A stretch of DNA of 52,150 nt, from IMG/VR virus record IMGVR_UViG_3300024979_000007, positions 1 to 52,150 of that record. One strand, given 5' to 3'. The translations under genes and the position numbers were made by a program. The notes beneath the pieces are model-generated. The model was not told where the DNA came from and did not search any database. It saw only the letters and a list, made by a program, of their open reading frames with translations. Numbering within the stretch: the first letter of the stretch is position 1; each line of letters opens with the position of its first letter. This DNA is from a virus (taxonomy: Duplodnaviria > Caudoviricetes). Shown piece by piece: positions 9,348 through 19,485 of this stretch.

Positions 9348-11347
9348 TGATTAACTCCAATTTAAAAACGCAGGTGCAAGCGCGGATCAACGCTATCACA
9401 ACCAGTACAACACTGGCTGAACTGCTGCGGATCCGGCAAGCAGCCAAAGGCTTGAACTGCGATGAAACGCTGCTCAATAACGAAGTAACCGCAAAGCTCA
9501 ATGTCCTGTCTGGCGCTACTTCATTGGATGATCTGGTGGCTGCTGGTGTTCTGACAGATAGCCCATCTAAGGTGCTGCATTATCAGGCGCCGCATGCGGT
9601 TATGCCTGGCGATGAATTATGGATTGATGGCTTAGGCTTGGTCACAGACCGGCAATACCCGTACAGCGCAGTCGCTTCTGCCGTCGAGGTCATGGGCTAT
9701 CCCGGCCAGGCTAATACGTTTATTACCAGCAGTTTCAGAACTGGCTATGTACGTCAGACAGGCGCTGAGTCTACGTTTCTAATTGCTTTATCTGACGGCA
9801 ATTGGCTGCTTGGGATTGGCTCACCAGTCGATGCACCACAATCGCAATACGGCTTTAAGCTCTACGTGCTATCTGCCGGCCGCGATAAAATCCTGACAAG
9901 CACAACGGTTGAGCTGAAGCTATCTGGTAGCTTCGATAGCATGTATTCGTATACGGTTGGTATTCGCGAAATCAGCACAAATGTGTTTCGTGTTTACTAC
10001 ACCCAGGCAGCAAGCGGTTCAACCAACCCAACATCATTAGCGTTCCACACGCTGACATACAACACCGGCAGCAAAGCCATTACTGGCGCTGCAGGCTCGG
10101 TAGTACACACTCTGGGAAGTGGGGACTTTAACGCCTCGCGAGCAGCTCGCCGCCACAACCAAGGTCAGCGTTGGCAGGTCATCGGCAGCTCCAGTGATAA
10201 CCTGCTTTGCCTTGATATGCAAAACGGCACTATCACGAACTATTCAGGCCCGGGGCTTGGCGGCTTCCCTGAAACCGAATTTGATGAATCAACCGCTGGC
10301 AATGAATGGGCTGTTGTATCAAGTAGCGGCGGCGTCAGACAGCTTGCCAAGGCGGGTACTTCAACAACTAAAGCGCTTCCGTCCAACCTGGTATCAGATG
10401 GCTGCTTCGGTGTCGGCTGGAGCATTCGCATGCTTGAGCCGCGGAGATTCTTGGCCAAACGCGCCAATGCCGGCGTCTGCATAATGAAGGTCGTAGCTTT
10501 CGATGCTGCATATGACACCGCAACGATCTGGGCATTGGATGCCGCCCATCCTGATACCGCAAGCAGTTATATCGGGGCCGTGTTTAAGCGCACTGATGGC
10601 TTATACATTGTCGAGAATTTTGCTGTAGGCCCAAGCGCATTCTACTGGGATGGCGCAAGTGCGCCGACCAACTACCGGACTCACCGTAAGACATTCCGAA
10701 ACATTGGTGATGTGAAAGCGGGAAGTATTCAGTCAACCGATAAAATTGCCCGCAGCGCTTACACAGAATCAAGCAACTCGGCAGGCACGATTGCAAGAAG
10801 CACTGCGATCATCAGCATGAATGCGGGTGTCGCACTGTCTTGGGCGCCAGCAAAAATTGGCAGAGTCCTAACCAACACGGCAGCGGCATCACTTGCTGAA
10901 GTCGAGCTGTACGATAACAGCCGCTATATCGGTGATGATCTTCGCACCGGCGCAGACTCACCAACCGCGCAGATGGTGACAACAAAGCTGGCTCTCGATT
11001 TGTCATCAGCAAAATTTGCGGTCTGGTCGTCAAGCGGCTCGATCGATGAAGGTGATTTTGTTTCTGGTCATGCGACGGAATACGACGAGCTTAAAAACGC
11101 CGGTGCAACAGTAAGCCTTGGGAGCGGCGCAGCCGTGGCGTTTGATGGAGGCAAGTCTGTCTATGCGTCTGCCGGCCGCACCGCAGATACTGGCCGTTCA
11201 GCATCACTGCTAACCCTGCACACATTCTCCCGGTTCAATGACTTTCAAGGGAGCCCGGCAACTGGCTGTATTTATCGCGCAAAGAGCAATAAACCGTTTG
11301 TACTGTTCGTGTCTGGGCAATCATCAAACATCGCGGAGGGTGAATGA
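9347..11347 (+). CDS. Putative receptor-binding / tail appendage protein
   Basis: 666 aa, Ser/Thr/Gly-rich beta composition, coupled to the upstream gene in the fibre cluster. Confidence 0.55.
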   Translation: MINSNLKTQVQARINAITTSTTLAELLRIRQAAKGLNCDETLLNNEVTAKLNVLSGATSLDDLVAAGVLTDSPSKVLHYQAPHAVMPGDELWIDGLGLVTDRQYPYSAVASAVEVMGYPGQANTFITSSFRTGYVRQTGAESTFLIALSDGNWLLGIGSPVDAPQSQYGFKLYVLSAGRDKILTSTTVELKLSGSFDSMYSYTVGIREISTNVFRVYYTQAASGSTNPTSLAFHTLTYNTGSKAITGAAGSVVHTLGSGDFNASRAARRHNQGQRWQVIGSSSDNLLCLDMQNGTITNYSGPGLGGFPETEFDESTAGNEWAVVSSSGGVRQLAKAGTSTTKALPSNLVSDGCFGVGWSIRMLEPRRFLAKRANAGVCIMKVVAFDAAYDTATIWALDAAHPDTASSYIGAVFKRTDGLYIVENFAVGPSAFYWDGASAPTNYRTHRKTFRNIGDVKAGSIQSTDKIARSAYTESSNSAGTIARSTAIISMNAGVALSWAPAKIGRVLTNTAAASLAEVELYDNSRYIGDDLRTGADSPTAQMVTTKLALDLSSAKFAVWSSSGSIDEGDFVSGHATEYDELKNAGATVSLGSGAAVAFDGGKSVYASAGRTADTGRSASLLTLHTFSRFNDFQGSPATGCIYRAKSNKPFVLFVSGQSSNIAEGE

Positions 11348-11781
11348 AACCTTTAACTCCGGTGAGCGCTACACCATCTAGCGCACCGCCACCAGTATTC
11401 ACTTACGCCAATCAGGCGGTAAGTATCAACGGACAGAGCCGGCAATTTACGCCGGCTTTTTTCCTTCATGAGGATGACCTGATCCGGATTGAAGCTGACC
11501 TGATGGATAAGGACGGTCAGGGTAATTCGTTTGTGGTGCCATTTAGCACGCCACATGAAATTACTGCACCGGTTGTTCCACACGCGCAAGGGAAGCCGTT
11601 TGGTAATGATAAATACTTCAGGACTGAAATCACTGCAGGCCATGTCGTGATGCAGGGCAGGCTGCCATCCGGAGACTGGAAGCTGCTGGCTGATCGCATC
11701 AATCAATCTCTAAAAGAGATCAAAGCCAATTTTGAAGTCTCACTTTCGCCAATCACGTTCTTTGTGAGCACTCCCATATGA
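11344..11781 (+). CDS. Hypothetical protein (tail cluster)
   Basis: ATGA overlaps at both ends; GGAGG RBS. Confidence 0.7.
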   Translation: MKPLTPVSATPSSAPPPVFTYANQAVSINGQSRQFTPAFFLHEDDLIRIEADLMDKDGQGNSFVVPFSTPHEITAPVVPHAQGKPFGNDKYFRTEITAGHVVMQGRLPSGDWKLLADRINQSLKEIKANFEVSLSPITFFVSTPI

Positions 11782-12251
11782 TCAAGAGCCCAATCATCCA
11801 GCAGTACGTGCCGGTGATTTATGCCGGCTCATTAAAACCTATCTCACTGGCCATTATGGTAGCTGACCGCATCTGGTTCAGCCATGCAGCTTTTGATTGC
11901 GGTGACCATGTGTTGGAAGCCCGCGGCGGTCATGGCGTTGTCGAAACACCGATAGAGGAATTCTTGCTGCGCTATGGCTGGATTAGGCGCGGCCGTTATC
12001 CAACTGCTGTACATCCAGATGATTGCATGGCCAAAGCACGCAGCTTGATTGGTTTTGACTACGACGAACAACAGATATTCCGCATGGCTGTTGGCAATGA
12101 AACAGAAGTTGATTTGGAGCCTAACAAGCTCATTTGCACTGAGTACATTGCCACGTGCACCCAAACACCGAACCCGGCTTATTGGCACCGCTATCGCATT
12201 CGTGATGCCTATCGCCACACCATTTTTGAAGCAAGGAATCCGCATGGCTAA
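11778..12251 (+). CDS. Permuted papain-like (YaeF/YiiX-type NlpC/P60) protein
   Basis: FSHAA (His) precedes LEA..GV, IG.DYD and LICTEY (Cys), the permuted catalytic order. Confidence 0.8.
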   Translation: MIKSPIIQQYVPVIYAGSLKPISLAIMVADRIWFSHAAFDCGDHVLEARGGHGVVETPIEEFLLRYGWIRRGRYPTAVHPDDCMAKARSLIGFDYDEQQIFRMAVGNETEVDLEPNKLICTEYIATCTQTPNPAYWHRYRIRDAYRHTIFEARNPHG

Positions 12252-13662
12252 CTGGCTCAATGTGGAAATCAATCAGTGGACTGATGTTTTTGCAGCGCTC
12301 GACATTACTCCCGGTCTTGCACTGATGTTGCAGAACATTGGGCAATCCAGACTGGCCTTTGCCATCAGTGATGTTTCGCCGCCTGAAGGGCAGATAGACC
12401 TGATCGCAAAGGTTGACGACATCATTGAAGTCAAGGCTGGTGCAGCTGGGCTCTGGGTTAAACAGTACCAGGGCAACAAGGGTGAAGGCTTGCTGGTAGG
12501 CCGCACAAAAACAGACTTTAGCAAACTACGGCCATATACCGGGCTTGATCAAGTCTCTGTATCTGGCGGCACCGGGGGAGGTGGAACCGTGACAAGCCAT
12601 AGCAGCTTGACCGAGTTAGACGCAGATGATCACCTGCAGTATTTCAACCAGGCGCGCGGGGATGTTCGTTACCTTCGAAAAGGGAACACCGTACCGGCCG
12701 ACATCACTGGTCTAAGTGATCTGCTCACAACGCTGACCAACGCTGTCGACGCCCGGGTGATTAAGGTTGTCGGTAAAGGTTTATCTGCCAATGATTTTAC
12801 TGACCTACTGTTGGCCAAGCTCAATAGCTTGCCCTCCGGTAGTGCCGGCAAGGTGAGCTGGGCGGATATCGTGGGTTTCACGCTGCCTGCCCACAACCAC
12901 AATATTGCAGAAGTCTCAGGGCTTCAGGCTGCTCTGGATGGGAAGGTGAATGTTCAAGCTGGCAAGGGGTTATCGACCAACGACTACACCACTGCTGAAA
13001 AGAACAAGCTAGCCAGTATCGAAGGGAGCCATTACCGCGGGGTTTATGCAACGTTAAGCGCATTGCAAAGCGCCGTCACAACGCCAGTTGCAGGTGATTA
13101 TGCTGATGTCGATGCGGGGGCCAGCACTGCTGTGTCCCGCTTCATCTGGGATGCATCAGACAGTAACTGGGTGCAGCAAGTGGCAAGTGGCGGCTCGATG
13201 ACCGGCGCACAGATTAAAACTGCGCTGTTCGCCGAGGCCGATACCAATAACTTCAGCAATAGCTACAAAGCCAAGGTTGATGGTATTGCCACTGGCGCGA
13301 CCGCTAACGCATCTGATGCTCAGCTCAGGGATAGAAGCACTCACACTGGGACGCAGGCGATTAGCACTGTATCTGGATTGCAAACTGCTCTTGATGGCAA
13401 AGCAGGCACATCTGCGGCCACCACATCAACGCCGGGCCTTATGTCTGGTGCTGATAAGACCAAGCTGGAAGGAATAACGTCCGGAGCTACAGCAAACGCC
13501 ACAGATGCGCAACTGCGCGACCGTTCAACACATACCGGCACCCAAGCCATTTCCACTGTCTCAGGACTTCAAACAGCCTTGGATGGCAAGCAAAAAACAA
13601 TTACACAGAGCGCCACTCAGCCCGCATCGCCGCAGGTTGGTGATTTGTGGATCCAGACTTAG
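12244..13662 (+). CDS. Tail fibre protein
   Basis: GKGLS.NDF/YT repeats, HNH.IAEVSGLQAALDGK, duplicated LRDRSTHTGTQ module, C-terminal PQVGDLWI; AAGGA RBS before ATG 12244. Confidence 0.82.
   Translation: MANWLNVEINQWTDVFAALDITPGLALMLQNIGQSRLAFAISDVSPPEGQIDLIAKVDDIIEVKAGAAGLWVKQYQGNKGEGLLVGRTKTDFSKLRPYTGLDQVSVSGGTGGGGTVTSHSSLTELDADDHLQYFNQARGDVRYLRKGNTVPADITGLSDLLTTLTNAVDARVIKVVGKGLSANDFTDLLLAKLNSLPSGSAGKVSWADIVGFTLPAHNHNIAEVSGLQAALDGKVNVQAGKGLSTNDYTTAEKNKLASIEGSHYRGVYATLSALQSAVTTPVAGDYADVDAGASTAVSRFIWDASDSNWVQQVASGGSMTGAQIKTALFAEADTNNFSNSYKAKVDGIATGATANASDAQLRDRSTHTGTQAISTVSGLQTALDGKAGTSAATTSTPGLMSGADKTKLEGITSGATANATDAQLRDRSTHTGTQAISTVSGLQTALDGKQKTITQSATQPASPQVGDLWIQT
13294..13590 (+). repeat. 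Two 108-bp coding repeats (13294-13401 and 13483-13590)
   Basis: 35/36 identical residues but only 8/36 identical codons (counted by eye). Confidence 0.9.
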
Positions 13663-13670
13663 GAGCTTTT

Positions 13671-14366
13671 ATGAGTTTGCATACGGAATTATCAAAAGCT
13701 GAATATGGTGGGCTTAATAACGAGCAGGCTCTTGCTGCCCTACAAGCCGTTACAGTCACCGAAGGTAACCTGATCCCTGCAACGACCATTAATCAATTGT
13801 TTGCATCGTTGGACCTGACCGGTTTTATTCAGGATATTGCAGCAGATCACCAGCATACGTTCAGACATAAGATGGCATCCGTGATTTTATCTATTGGCGG
13901 TGATCATCCATTCAATTTCATTGAAGGCACTACGGCTGGCGAAGGAAACCTTTCCATGCTTAACGCCATGATTGCACAGCTACCTGAACTCTCAGCGCAG
14001 CTTTCGCAGTTCAAAGCCATAGTCCATGCAATGGCAAATAGAAGACGGCCATTCGCCGGGGTAACTCTGGCTGACGTGATCAAAGCCCGCGCGGTCCAGC
14101 TAGATGGTCAATGGCACGAAATCGAAGCAACCAGCAATCGTCAGTTTGTAGTTCGCTTGATGTCGGCGCCTCCAGAGCCAACATCTATCATTGTGCAGGC
14201 GCAGGACCAGTATGGCGACGGTGTATCTGATTGGTATCACGCCACCGCAATTCACGGTATCAATGGTGCACGCGAACACCAAGCACCGCTTCCGTATAAT
14301 GGTTATCCGCGCAAACTGCGTTGGAAGTGTGATTATCAATTGAACTTTGCAGTGAGCCTGCGCTAA
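13671..14366 (+). CDS. Hypothetical protein (tail cluster)
   Basis: AGGAG RBS before ATG 13671; TAATG coupling to the next gene. Confidence 0.75.
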   Translation: MSLHTELSKAEYGGLNNEQALAALQAVTVTEGNLIPATTINQLFASLDLTGFIQDIAADHQHTFRHKMASVILSIGGDHPFNFIEGTTAGEGNLSMLNAMIAQLPELSAQLSQFKAIVHAMANRRRPFAGVTLADVIKARAVQLDGQWHEIEATSNRQFVVRLMSAPPEPTSIIVQAQDQYGDGVSDWYHATAIHGINGAREHQAPLPYNGYPRKLRWKCDYQLNFAVSLR

Positions 14367-15118
14367 TGCCAAATGCAATGTCGACAGTCGGTCAGGGCAG
14401 TTCTGTATATCTGACGATGCCCGCTTGCTCAATCAATGCTGGTGCCAATACAGATATCAGCGGTATTGAATTCGACATTAAGCCGATAGGCGGAAACGCT
14501 GCTGGTTTTTTTAATATCGCTGGGATTAGCGGGAACAACACCACGGCGTTACGAATCGAGGTTGCTACGGGTACGCTGCAATGGCGATACAGCGGGACAG
14601 TTTACTTGTCTAGTGCTGCCGGCGCGGCCCCGATGAATGAGCGGGCAAAATACGGCGCAGAATTCGACGAATCGACAACATCCCTATACCTCACCAAAAA
14701 TGGGGCACGGATCGCCGGCCCGTATGTCGCCGCAGCGAATTCGTTAACAACAAATATCGCATGGAATCAGATTGGCAGAGTTGGTACATCGTCACCTTCG
14801 CCACAAACATTTGAGCTTTATGGTGTTCGCACTTACGGCGGCAATGCTACATACCAAGCACCGTGGGACGAGACCGGTGCCAGCGGCAGCGGGGTGAACT
14901 GGGTGGATGATAGCGCAACCCGAAACCTGACAATTACTTCATATACTGGCGCAATGGATAGTTGGTGGTTCTTTTATTCTGGCTCGTCACCCGGTACACA
15001 AATCAAGCTTTTCGACGGCGCAGCATTTGTTTCAAAATCCTTGAAACGATGGGACGGTTCAGCGTTCACAGACATCACAGTGAAACGATGGAATGGCACT
15101 GCGTTTATCGACCTGTAA
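14366..15118 (+). CDS. Putative lectin-like (LamG/ConA-type) tail protein
   Basis: Beta-sandwich-like pattern (LYLTKNG, QIGRVG, LYGVR) and a triple K.(F/W)(D/N)G.AF C-terminal repeat. Confidence 0.55.
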   Translation: MPNAMSTVGQGSSVYLTMPACSINAGANTDISGIEFDIKPIGGNAAGFFNIAGISGNNTTALRIEVATGTLQWRYSGTVYLSSAAGAAPMNERAKYGAEFDESTTSLYLTKNGARIAGPYVAAANSLTTNIAWNQIGRVGTSSPSPQTFELYGVRTYGGNATYQAPWDETGASGSGVNWVDDSATRNLTITSYTGAMDSWWFFYSGSSPGTQIKLFDGAAFVSKSLKRWDGSAFTDITVKRWNGTAFIDL

Positions 15119-15212
15119 TGGTTGAACAAAGGCGCAGATAGCTTATTATCTACACATACTGCACGACCCCTTGCCCAAGCCTTTTTCAGCAATCAGCTGA
15201 GGTAATAAAACC

Positions 15213-16724
15213 ATGTCAACCAATCTAACCAGCCCGGTGAAAGCCGCGGTTGATATCGCCTATTTGCCGCCAGAAAAGGCGGGTAACAAACGGATCTTTC
15301 CAGCACCGGCTGATGGTGCGCCGGTTCAGCGTATGCAGCCTGTAACTGCGTTGGAGCAATCTGGCCAAACTGTTCAGGGGAAGCCTTCAAACACAGCACC
15401 CGAATACTCACAGGGCGCATCGGCCTCGGTGCTGCCTGGTGATGAGAATCCGGATAAGCCTGGTGGCGGTTTTAATGGCGGATTATTGCGGCTGGCCCAA
15501 CAACAACAGGCAGCTGGTGGTGCGCAGATAGCAGTGCCAACTCAGGCTGCGGTCCAGCCGGTGCCACCCATCCAACAAACGACCGCTACGCCGGCACAGG
15601 CTGCGGCAACGACAGGTGCTGTGACACCGCCAGTGTTTGAGTACAAGCCGGTAGGTGCTGATTTACTGAAGAATGCCCCGGCAATGACCGTGCCCACTGC
15701 TGCAACAGTACAAGGCACTTTTACGAAGGACGGTTATGCCGGCGTTCAGGGCAATACAAATTTCAGCTATAAGCCGGGCGCGGATTCACTGGTTGAAAAT
15801 CGCATTACTGGTTTGCTGGATCCAAACAGCGCCATTATGCGCAAAGCCAAGGCCGAAGCCGATCAATACGCAGCCACCCGTGGCCTGCAATCGTCCAGTA
15901 TTGGTGGTGAAATTGCGCTATCTACGATGGTGGATAAAGCGATGCCGATCGCGACGCAAGATGCAAACACCTACAACCAGGCCCAGCAGCTTGGCTGGCA
16001 GCAGTCATGGCAATCCGGCGAAAACAATTTGGGCCGCACGCATGACGCCTCAATGGCGGATAAGCAGGGCCAGTACCAGACCAACCTTCAGAACACTCAG
16101 ATCGCAGCGAGCGCTGCAGAGAATGCCGCGAATCGTCAAATGCAGGCTGAGTTGCAAAAGCTACAGTACGCACAACAGGCAGGCTTGCTGGATGCTCAAG
16201 GCTTGCAGCGAATGCAGGAACTGAACTTCCAAGTGCAGAGCAATACTTATCAGCAGGAGCGTGGCGCGCAGCTGCAAACCGAGCGCGACAAGTTGCTGCA
16301 GGATATGTCTAACCAGACCATCGACAAGCAGTATCTGCAGCAGCTTCAGTTGACTCGAGTGCAATATGATCAGCAGGACAAGCAGTTCACGGCTCAATTA
16401 ACTGCTGATTCGCAGGTCAGATATCGCAATGCCGTTGAAACAGCCTACAACAACTATCTGGCTCAAGTTGGTGCCATTCAGGCAGATCCAAACATGACTG
16501 CCGAACAGAAGGCCGCAGGCGCTGCTTACATGCAGCAGCAGCTGGATGCACACCGCAAGTCGCTGGAAACGCTATACGCCGTGATTGGCGCGCCAGCCAC
16601 CGGTACTGGTTCAACGACGAACCCACCAACCGGCACCAGCAATCCAACCAATCCACCAATGACCACGAACCCGGTCAACGGCGGCAGCACTGGCGGCTGG
16701 AAAAATGGAACCCAAGAACCATGA
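15213..16724 (+). CDS. Putative DNA ejection / internal virion protein
   Basis: Gln/Ala-rich coiled coil; RGLQSSSIG and AMPIATQDA motifs; start of the ejection module. Confidence 0.65.
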   Translation: MSTNLTSPVKAAVDIAYLPPEKAGNKRIFPAPADGAPVQRMQPVTALEQSGQTVQGKPSNTAPEYSQGASASVLPGDENPDKPGGGFNGGLLRLAQQQQAAGGAQIAVPTQAAVQPVPPIQQTTATPAQAAATTGAVTPPVFEYKPVGADLLKNAPAMTVPTAATVQGTFTKDGYAGVQGNTNFSYKPGADSLVENRITGLLDPNSAIMRKAKAEADQYAATRGLQSSSIGGEIALSTMVDKAMPIATQDANTYNQAQQLGWQQSWQSGENNLGRTHDASMADKQGQYQTNLQNTQIAASAAENAANRQMQAELQKLQYAQQAGLLDAQGLQRMQELNFQVQSNTYQQERGAQLQTERDKLLQDMSNQTIDKQYLQQLQLTRVQYDQQDKQFTAQLTADSQVRYRNAVETAYNNYLAQVGAIQADPNMTAEQKAAGAAYMQQQLDAHRKSLETLYAVIGAPATGTGSTTNPPTGTSNPTNPPMTTNPVNGGSTGGWKNGTQEP

Positions 16725-17179
16725 TCCGCTTTGGTACGCACGCTGACATCCCTGCGATGCTGGCGATTGGCAAGCAGGTGATTGCACAAGCTAAGACCCT
16801 GAGTTGTGAGCTAGATCCAGAGCTTGCAGCCAAAACCATCCGGCAAGCGCTCAATCACCGAAAGCATGCTGTATTTATCGCAGAGAAAGCCGGCCATGTT
16901 GTCGGCTTTTTTATTGCCATGCAGGACCAGTTCTGGTTCAGCAAAACCCACTACGCAACTGATTTAGCGTTTTGTGTCTCGCCGGAGCACCGGGACCAAG
17001 CCGTCTGGCTTTTACGCCGGTTTATCCGCTGGTGCCAGGCAAATGGGATTGCGCATATTCAGCTGGGTCTGAGTACGGGCCTCGACACCGAAGGCCGCAC
17101 CGGCCAGCTCTATGAGACGCATGGCCTGAAGGCAGTCGGCGGTATCTATTCAACAACATTCGATTCGGAGGCCACATGA
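16721..17179 (+). CDS. GNAT-family acetyltransferase (virion-assembly associated)
   Basis: MIR.GT.ADIP, VVGF, VSPEHR, LLRRFIRW and LYE..G motifs; position typical of podoviral ejection modules. Confidence 0.85.
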   Translation: MIRFGTHADIPAMLAIGKQVIAQAKTLSCELDPELAAKTIRQALNHRKHAVFIAEKAGHVVGFFIAMQDQFWFSKTHYATDLAFCVSPEHRDQAVWLLRRFIRWCQANGIAHIQLGLSTGLDTEGRTGQLYETHGLKAVGGIYSTTFDSEAT

Positions 17180-17970
17180 GCGGTCTGGTCAAAGGCGTGA
17201 AAAAAGTATTTAAGGCTGTGGTGCCTATTAAAGCCGTGGCAAACGTGGTGAAAAAAGTCGTGAAGTCCAAAGTGTTTAAAGTCGTTGCTATCGCAGCGCT
17301 GGCTTACTTTGGCGGCGCCGCAGTGATGTCGATGGCCGGTGGCGGCACGGCAGGTGCTGGCATTGGCTCAGCCTGGGGAGGCATTCAGGGGGCCGGTAGT
17401 GCACTTGCGTCCGGAAATATTGGCGGGGCGTTTTCGGCGCTCAGTAACGGATTCACTGCAGCAGGCGCAACACAAGCAACAACCTTTGCAGGTGGCCAAG
17501 CAGCTGCACAAGCTGCCATCTCCGGTCAAACCGCGGCGATTGGTGCGACACCAGGCGCTTACACTGGCAAAGCCATGGAAACGTTCGTGGCTAACGGCGG
17601 TAACGCAATTCAGGCCGCAACGCCTGTTGCAGCGCAGACAGCGACCACAGCCACCAGTACACCAGGTTTACTTGCGAACATCGGTGACGCCAGTAAAGCC
17701 GCATTGATCACCAGCGGCGTGAATATGGCCGGTCAAATGGTTCAAGGCTACGCCCAGCAAAAACAAGCAGAAGAGCAGGCCGCAAACCGCGATTACTTTG
17801 GCGTTAATGGCAAAGGCCAGAAGACGACACTGCCCGGCGTTGGCTTGTTGGATCCGTCCAACATCATGCCGCAAAACCCAGTGCCACAGCTGCAGCCTAT
17901 CAAGTCACTCGATGACCTGATTGCCAAACAGCAGCAAACCGTCAACACCTACCAAAAGTGGAGCGTATAA
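17176..17970 (+). CDS. Putative ejection protein (Gly/Ala-rich, membrane-active)
   Basis: Basic amphipathic N-terminus (VKKVFK..VKKVVK) then hydrophobic Gly/Ala stretch. Confidence 0.65.
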   Translation: MSGLVKGVKKVFKAVVPIKAVANVVKKVVKSKVFKVVAIAALAYFGGAAVMSMAGGGTAGAGIGSAWGGIQGAGSALASGNIGGAFSALSNGFTAAGATQATTFAGGQAAAQAAISGQTAAIGATPGAYTGKAMETFVANGGNAIQAATPVAAQTATTATSTPGLLANIGDASKAALITSGVNMAGQMVQGYAQQKQAEEQAANRDYFGVNGKGQKTTLPGVGLLDPSNIMPQNPVPQLQPIKSLDDLIAKQQQTVNTYQKWSV

Positions 17971-17973
17971 GCC

Positions 17974-18474
17974 GTGGAAGAAACGATGCAACAAGGTGAG
18001 GTGCAGGCGACACCAGAAGAAGAGGCGCAACTGGAACAGGGTTTCGATGCTGCCCTCAAGGTGATCCACGCACCAGGTAAAGCCGGTGACAACATCGCGA
18101 GCATGGTGCTAGATGCTCAGCAGGTGCAACAGGGTATCGGTCAGGCTGTGGCCACTGTGCTTATCACCGTCGAAAAGCAAATGCAGTTGACTGACGATGT
18201 GAAGCTGGCGCTGGCTGAGCGGATCACTGATGAACTGGTGGCTCTGGCGATTCAAGCCGGGGCAGTGGCAGAAGATGAAGTGACAGACCAGATGACAGAT
18301 GCACTGGCTAGTCATGCGATGAGCACTTATCTGGCGATGAAAGAGAGTCTCGGAGAGCTGGACAAAGATGAGTTATCCGCCAATGTGCAGGAAGCTCAGG
18401 CGTTTATGAGCCAGCAACAAAAACCAGCAGCACCGGCACAGTCTGGCGGCTTGCTGCAGCGCGCGCGGGGGTAA
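17974..18474 (+). CDS. Hypothetical acidic protein in the ejection module
   Basis: 166-aa ORF tightly packed in the operon. Confidence 0.75.
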   Translation: MEETMQQGEVQATPEEEAQLEQGFDAALKVIHAPGKAGDNIASMVLDAQQVQQGIGQAVATVLITVEKQMQLTDDVKLALAERITDELVALAIQAGAVAEDEVTDQMTDALASHAMSTYLAMKESLGELDKDELSANVQEAQAFMSQQQKPAAPAQSGGLLQRARG

Positions 18475-18476
18475 TC

Positions 18477-19445
18477 ATGGCAGGTTATGGTTTATTGGCT
18501 GGCTTCGGCCGCGGCCTGAGTCAAGGGGCTGAGCTGTTGAATCGTGGGATGGCTGAGGACCGTGAAGTTGAGCGGCAGCGTTTGCGCGAAGAATCAATGA
18601 ATGCACGCTGGAAGCGGCAAGAAGAGCGTGAGGATGCTCGTTACAGTGACGAGAAGAAATACCGGGACGAGCGCATCAAGGTCGAGGATAAACGCTATAA
18701 CGACCAAAAAGCTGCACAGTCAGCTGCGACCACGCAGGCGCAGAACAACGCTGACCGGTCGTATAACCTGCAGGAACGCCAGATGACCTCGCAGGAAGAG
18801 GCTCGGCGAGTTCAGCGCATCGAAGAAACACTGGGTCGGATCCAGACCAAGTTTTCCCGCGAAGGCGAGCAGATTGACCGGAAGTATGACCGGCTGATTG
18901 ATCAGGCCGCTCCAGAAGACAAGCAAGCACTATACGAGCAGCGTGACCGTGAGCATGCTGCGCTTGGTTCTAAGCTTGAGGGAGAAATGCTGCCCGCCCT
19001 CAAGTCATTCGGCGACGGGCTGAAAGGCACCTCGTATGCTTCATACATTGATGTGCTTGCTGAAATGAATAGACAAAAAACGGGACCAGAACCATTGAGC
19101 CAACAGACCGAACCGGCGGCATTTAACCGTGGCGCTGCAGTTGGCACTGTGTTGCAGCAGCCCGGTGGCCAAGCCTCACCGGTCAATGCAGCTGGCGCAA
19201 CAACAACGCCGGGGCTTTTAAATCCCGGATTCTTCAACGGGTTTAAAGACAGTGCGCACGGCGACATCAACCCGCTGCAGATTGACGAAACCAACATCAC
19301 GCCCGCTCAGCTCGCTACGACTCGCACCGGCCAGGCGCTGGGTTATTTCCCTGGCAAGTTTGTTGACGCGGTTCAGCAGGTTGGGCAGGTCGCACAGCCT
19401 GCTTGGAATTACCTCAACAATCCAATGAATCAAGGTCGCAAATAA
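18477..19445 (+). CDS. Putative DNA transfer / ejection protein
   Basis: GLLAGFGRGL N-terminus and charged coiled coil. Confidence 0.65.
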   Translation: MAGYGLLAGFGRGLSQGAELLNRGMAEDREVERQRLREESMNARWKRQEEREDARYSDEKKYRDERIKVEDKRYNDQKAAQSAATTQAQNNADRSYNLQERQMTSQEEARRVQRIEETLGRIQTKFSREGEQIDRKYDRLIDQAAPEDKQALYEQRDREHAALGSKLEGEMLPALKSFGDGLKGTSYASYIDVLAEMNRQKTGPEPLSQQTEPAAFNRGAAVGTVLQQPGGQASPVNAAGATTTPGLLNPGFFNGFKDSAHGDINPLQIDETNITPAQLATTRTGQALGYFPGKFVDAVQQVGQVAQPAWNYLNNPMNQGRK

Positions 19446-19462
19446 GCGGCCTTTTTCTTTTC
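19433..19462 (+). terminator. Terminator-like hairpin before the giant gene
   Basis: AGGTCGC-N6-GCGGCCT followed by a T-rich run. Confidence 0.55.
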
Positions 19463-19485
19463 TGCACCTGTAAACAGGAATAAAC

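Noticed and set aside
12244-15118. Diversity-generating retroelement or invertible tail-fibre cassette
   Set aside because: No reverse transcriptase or invertase gene; repeat differences are synonymous and not adenine-specific
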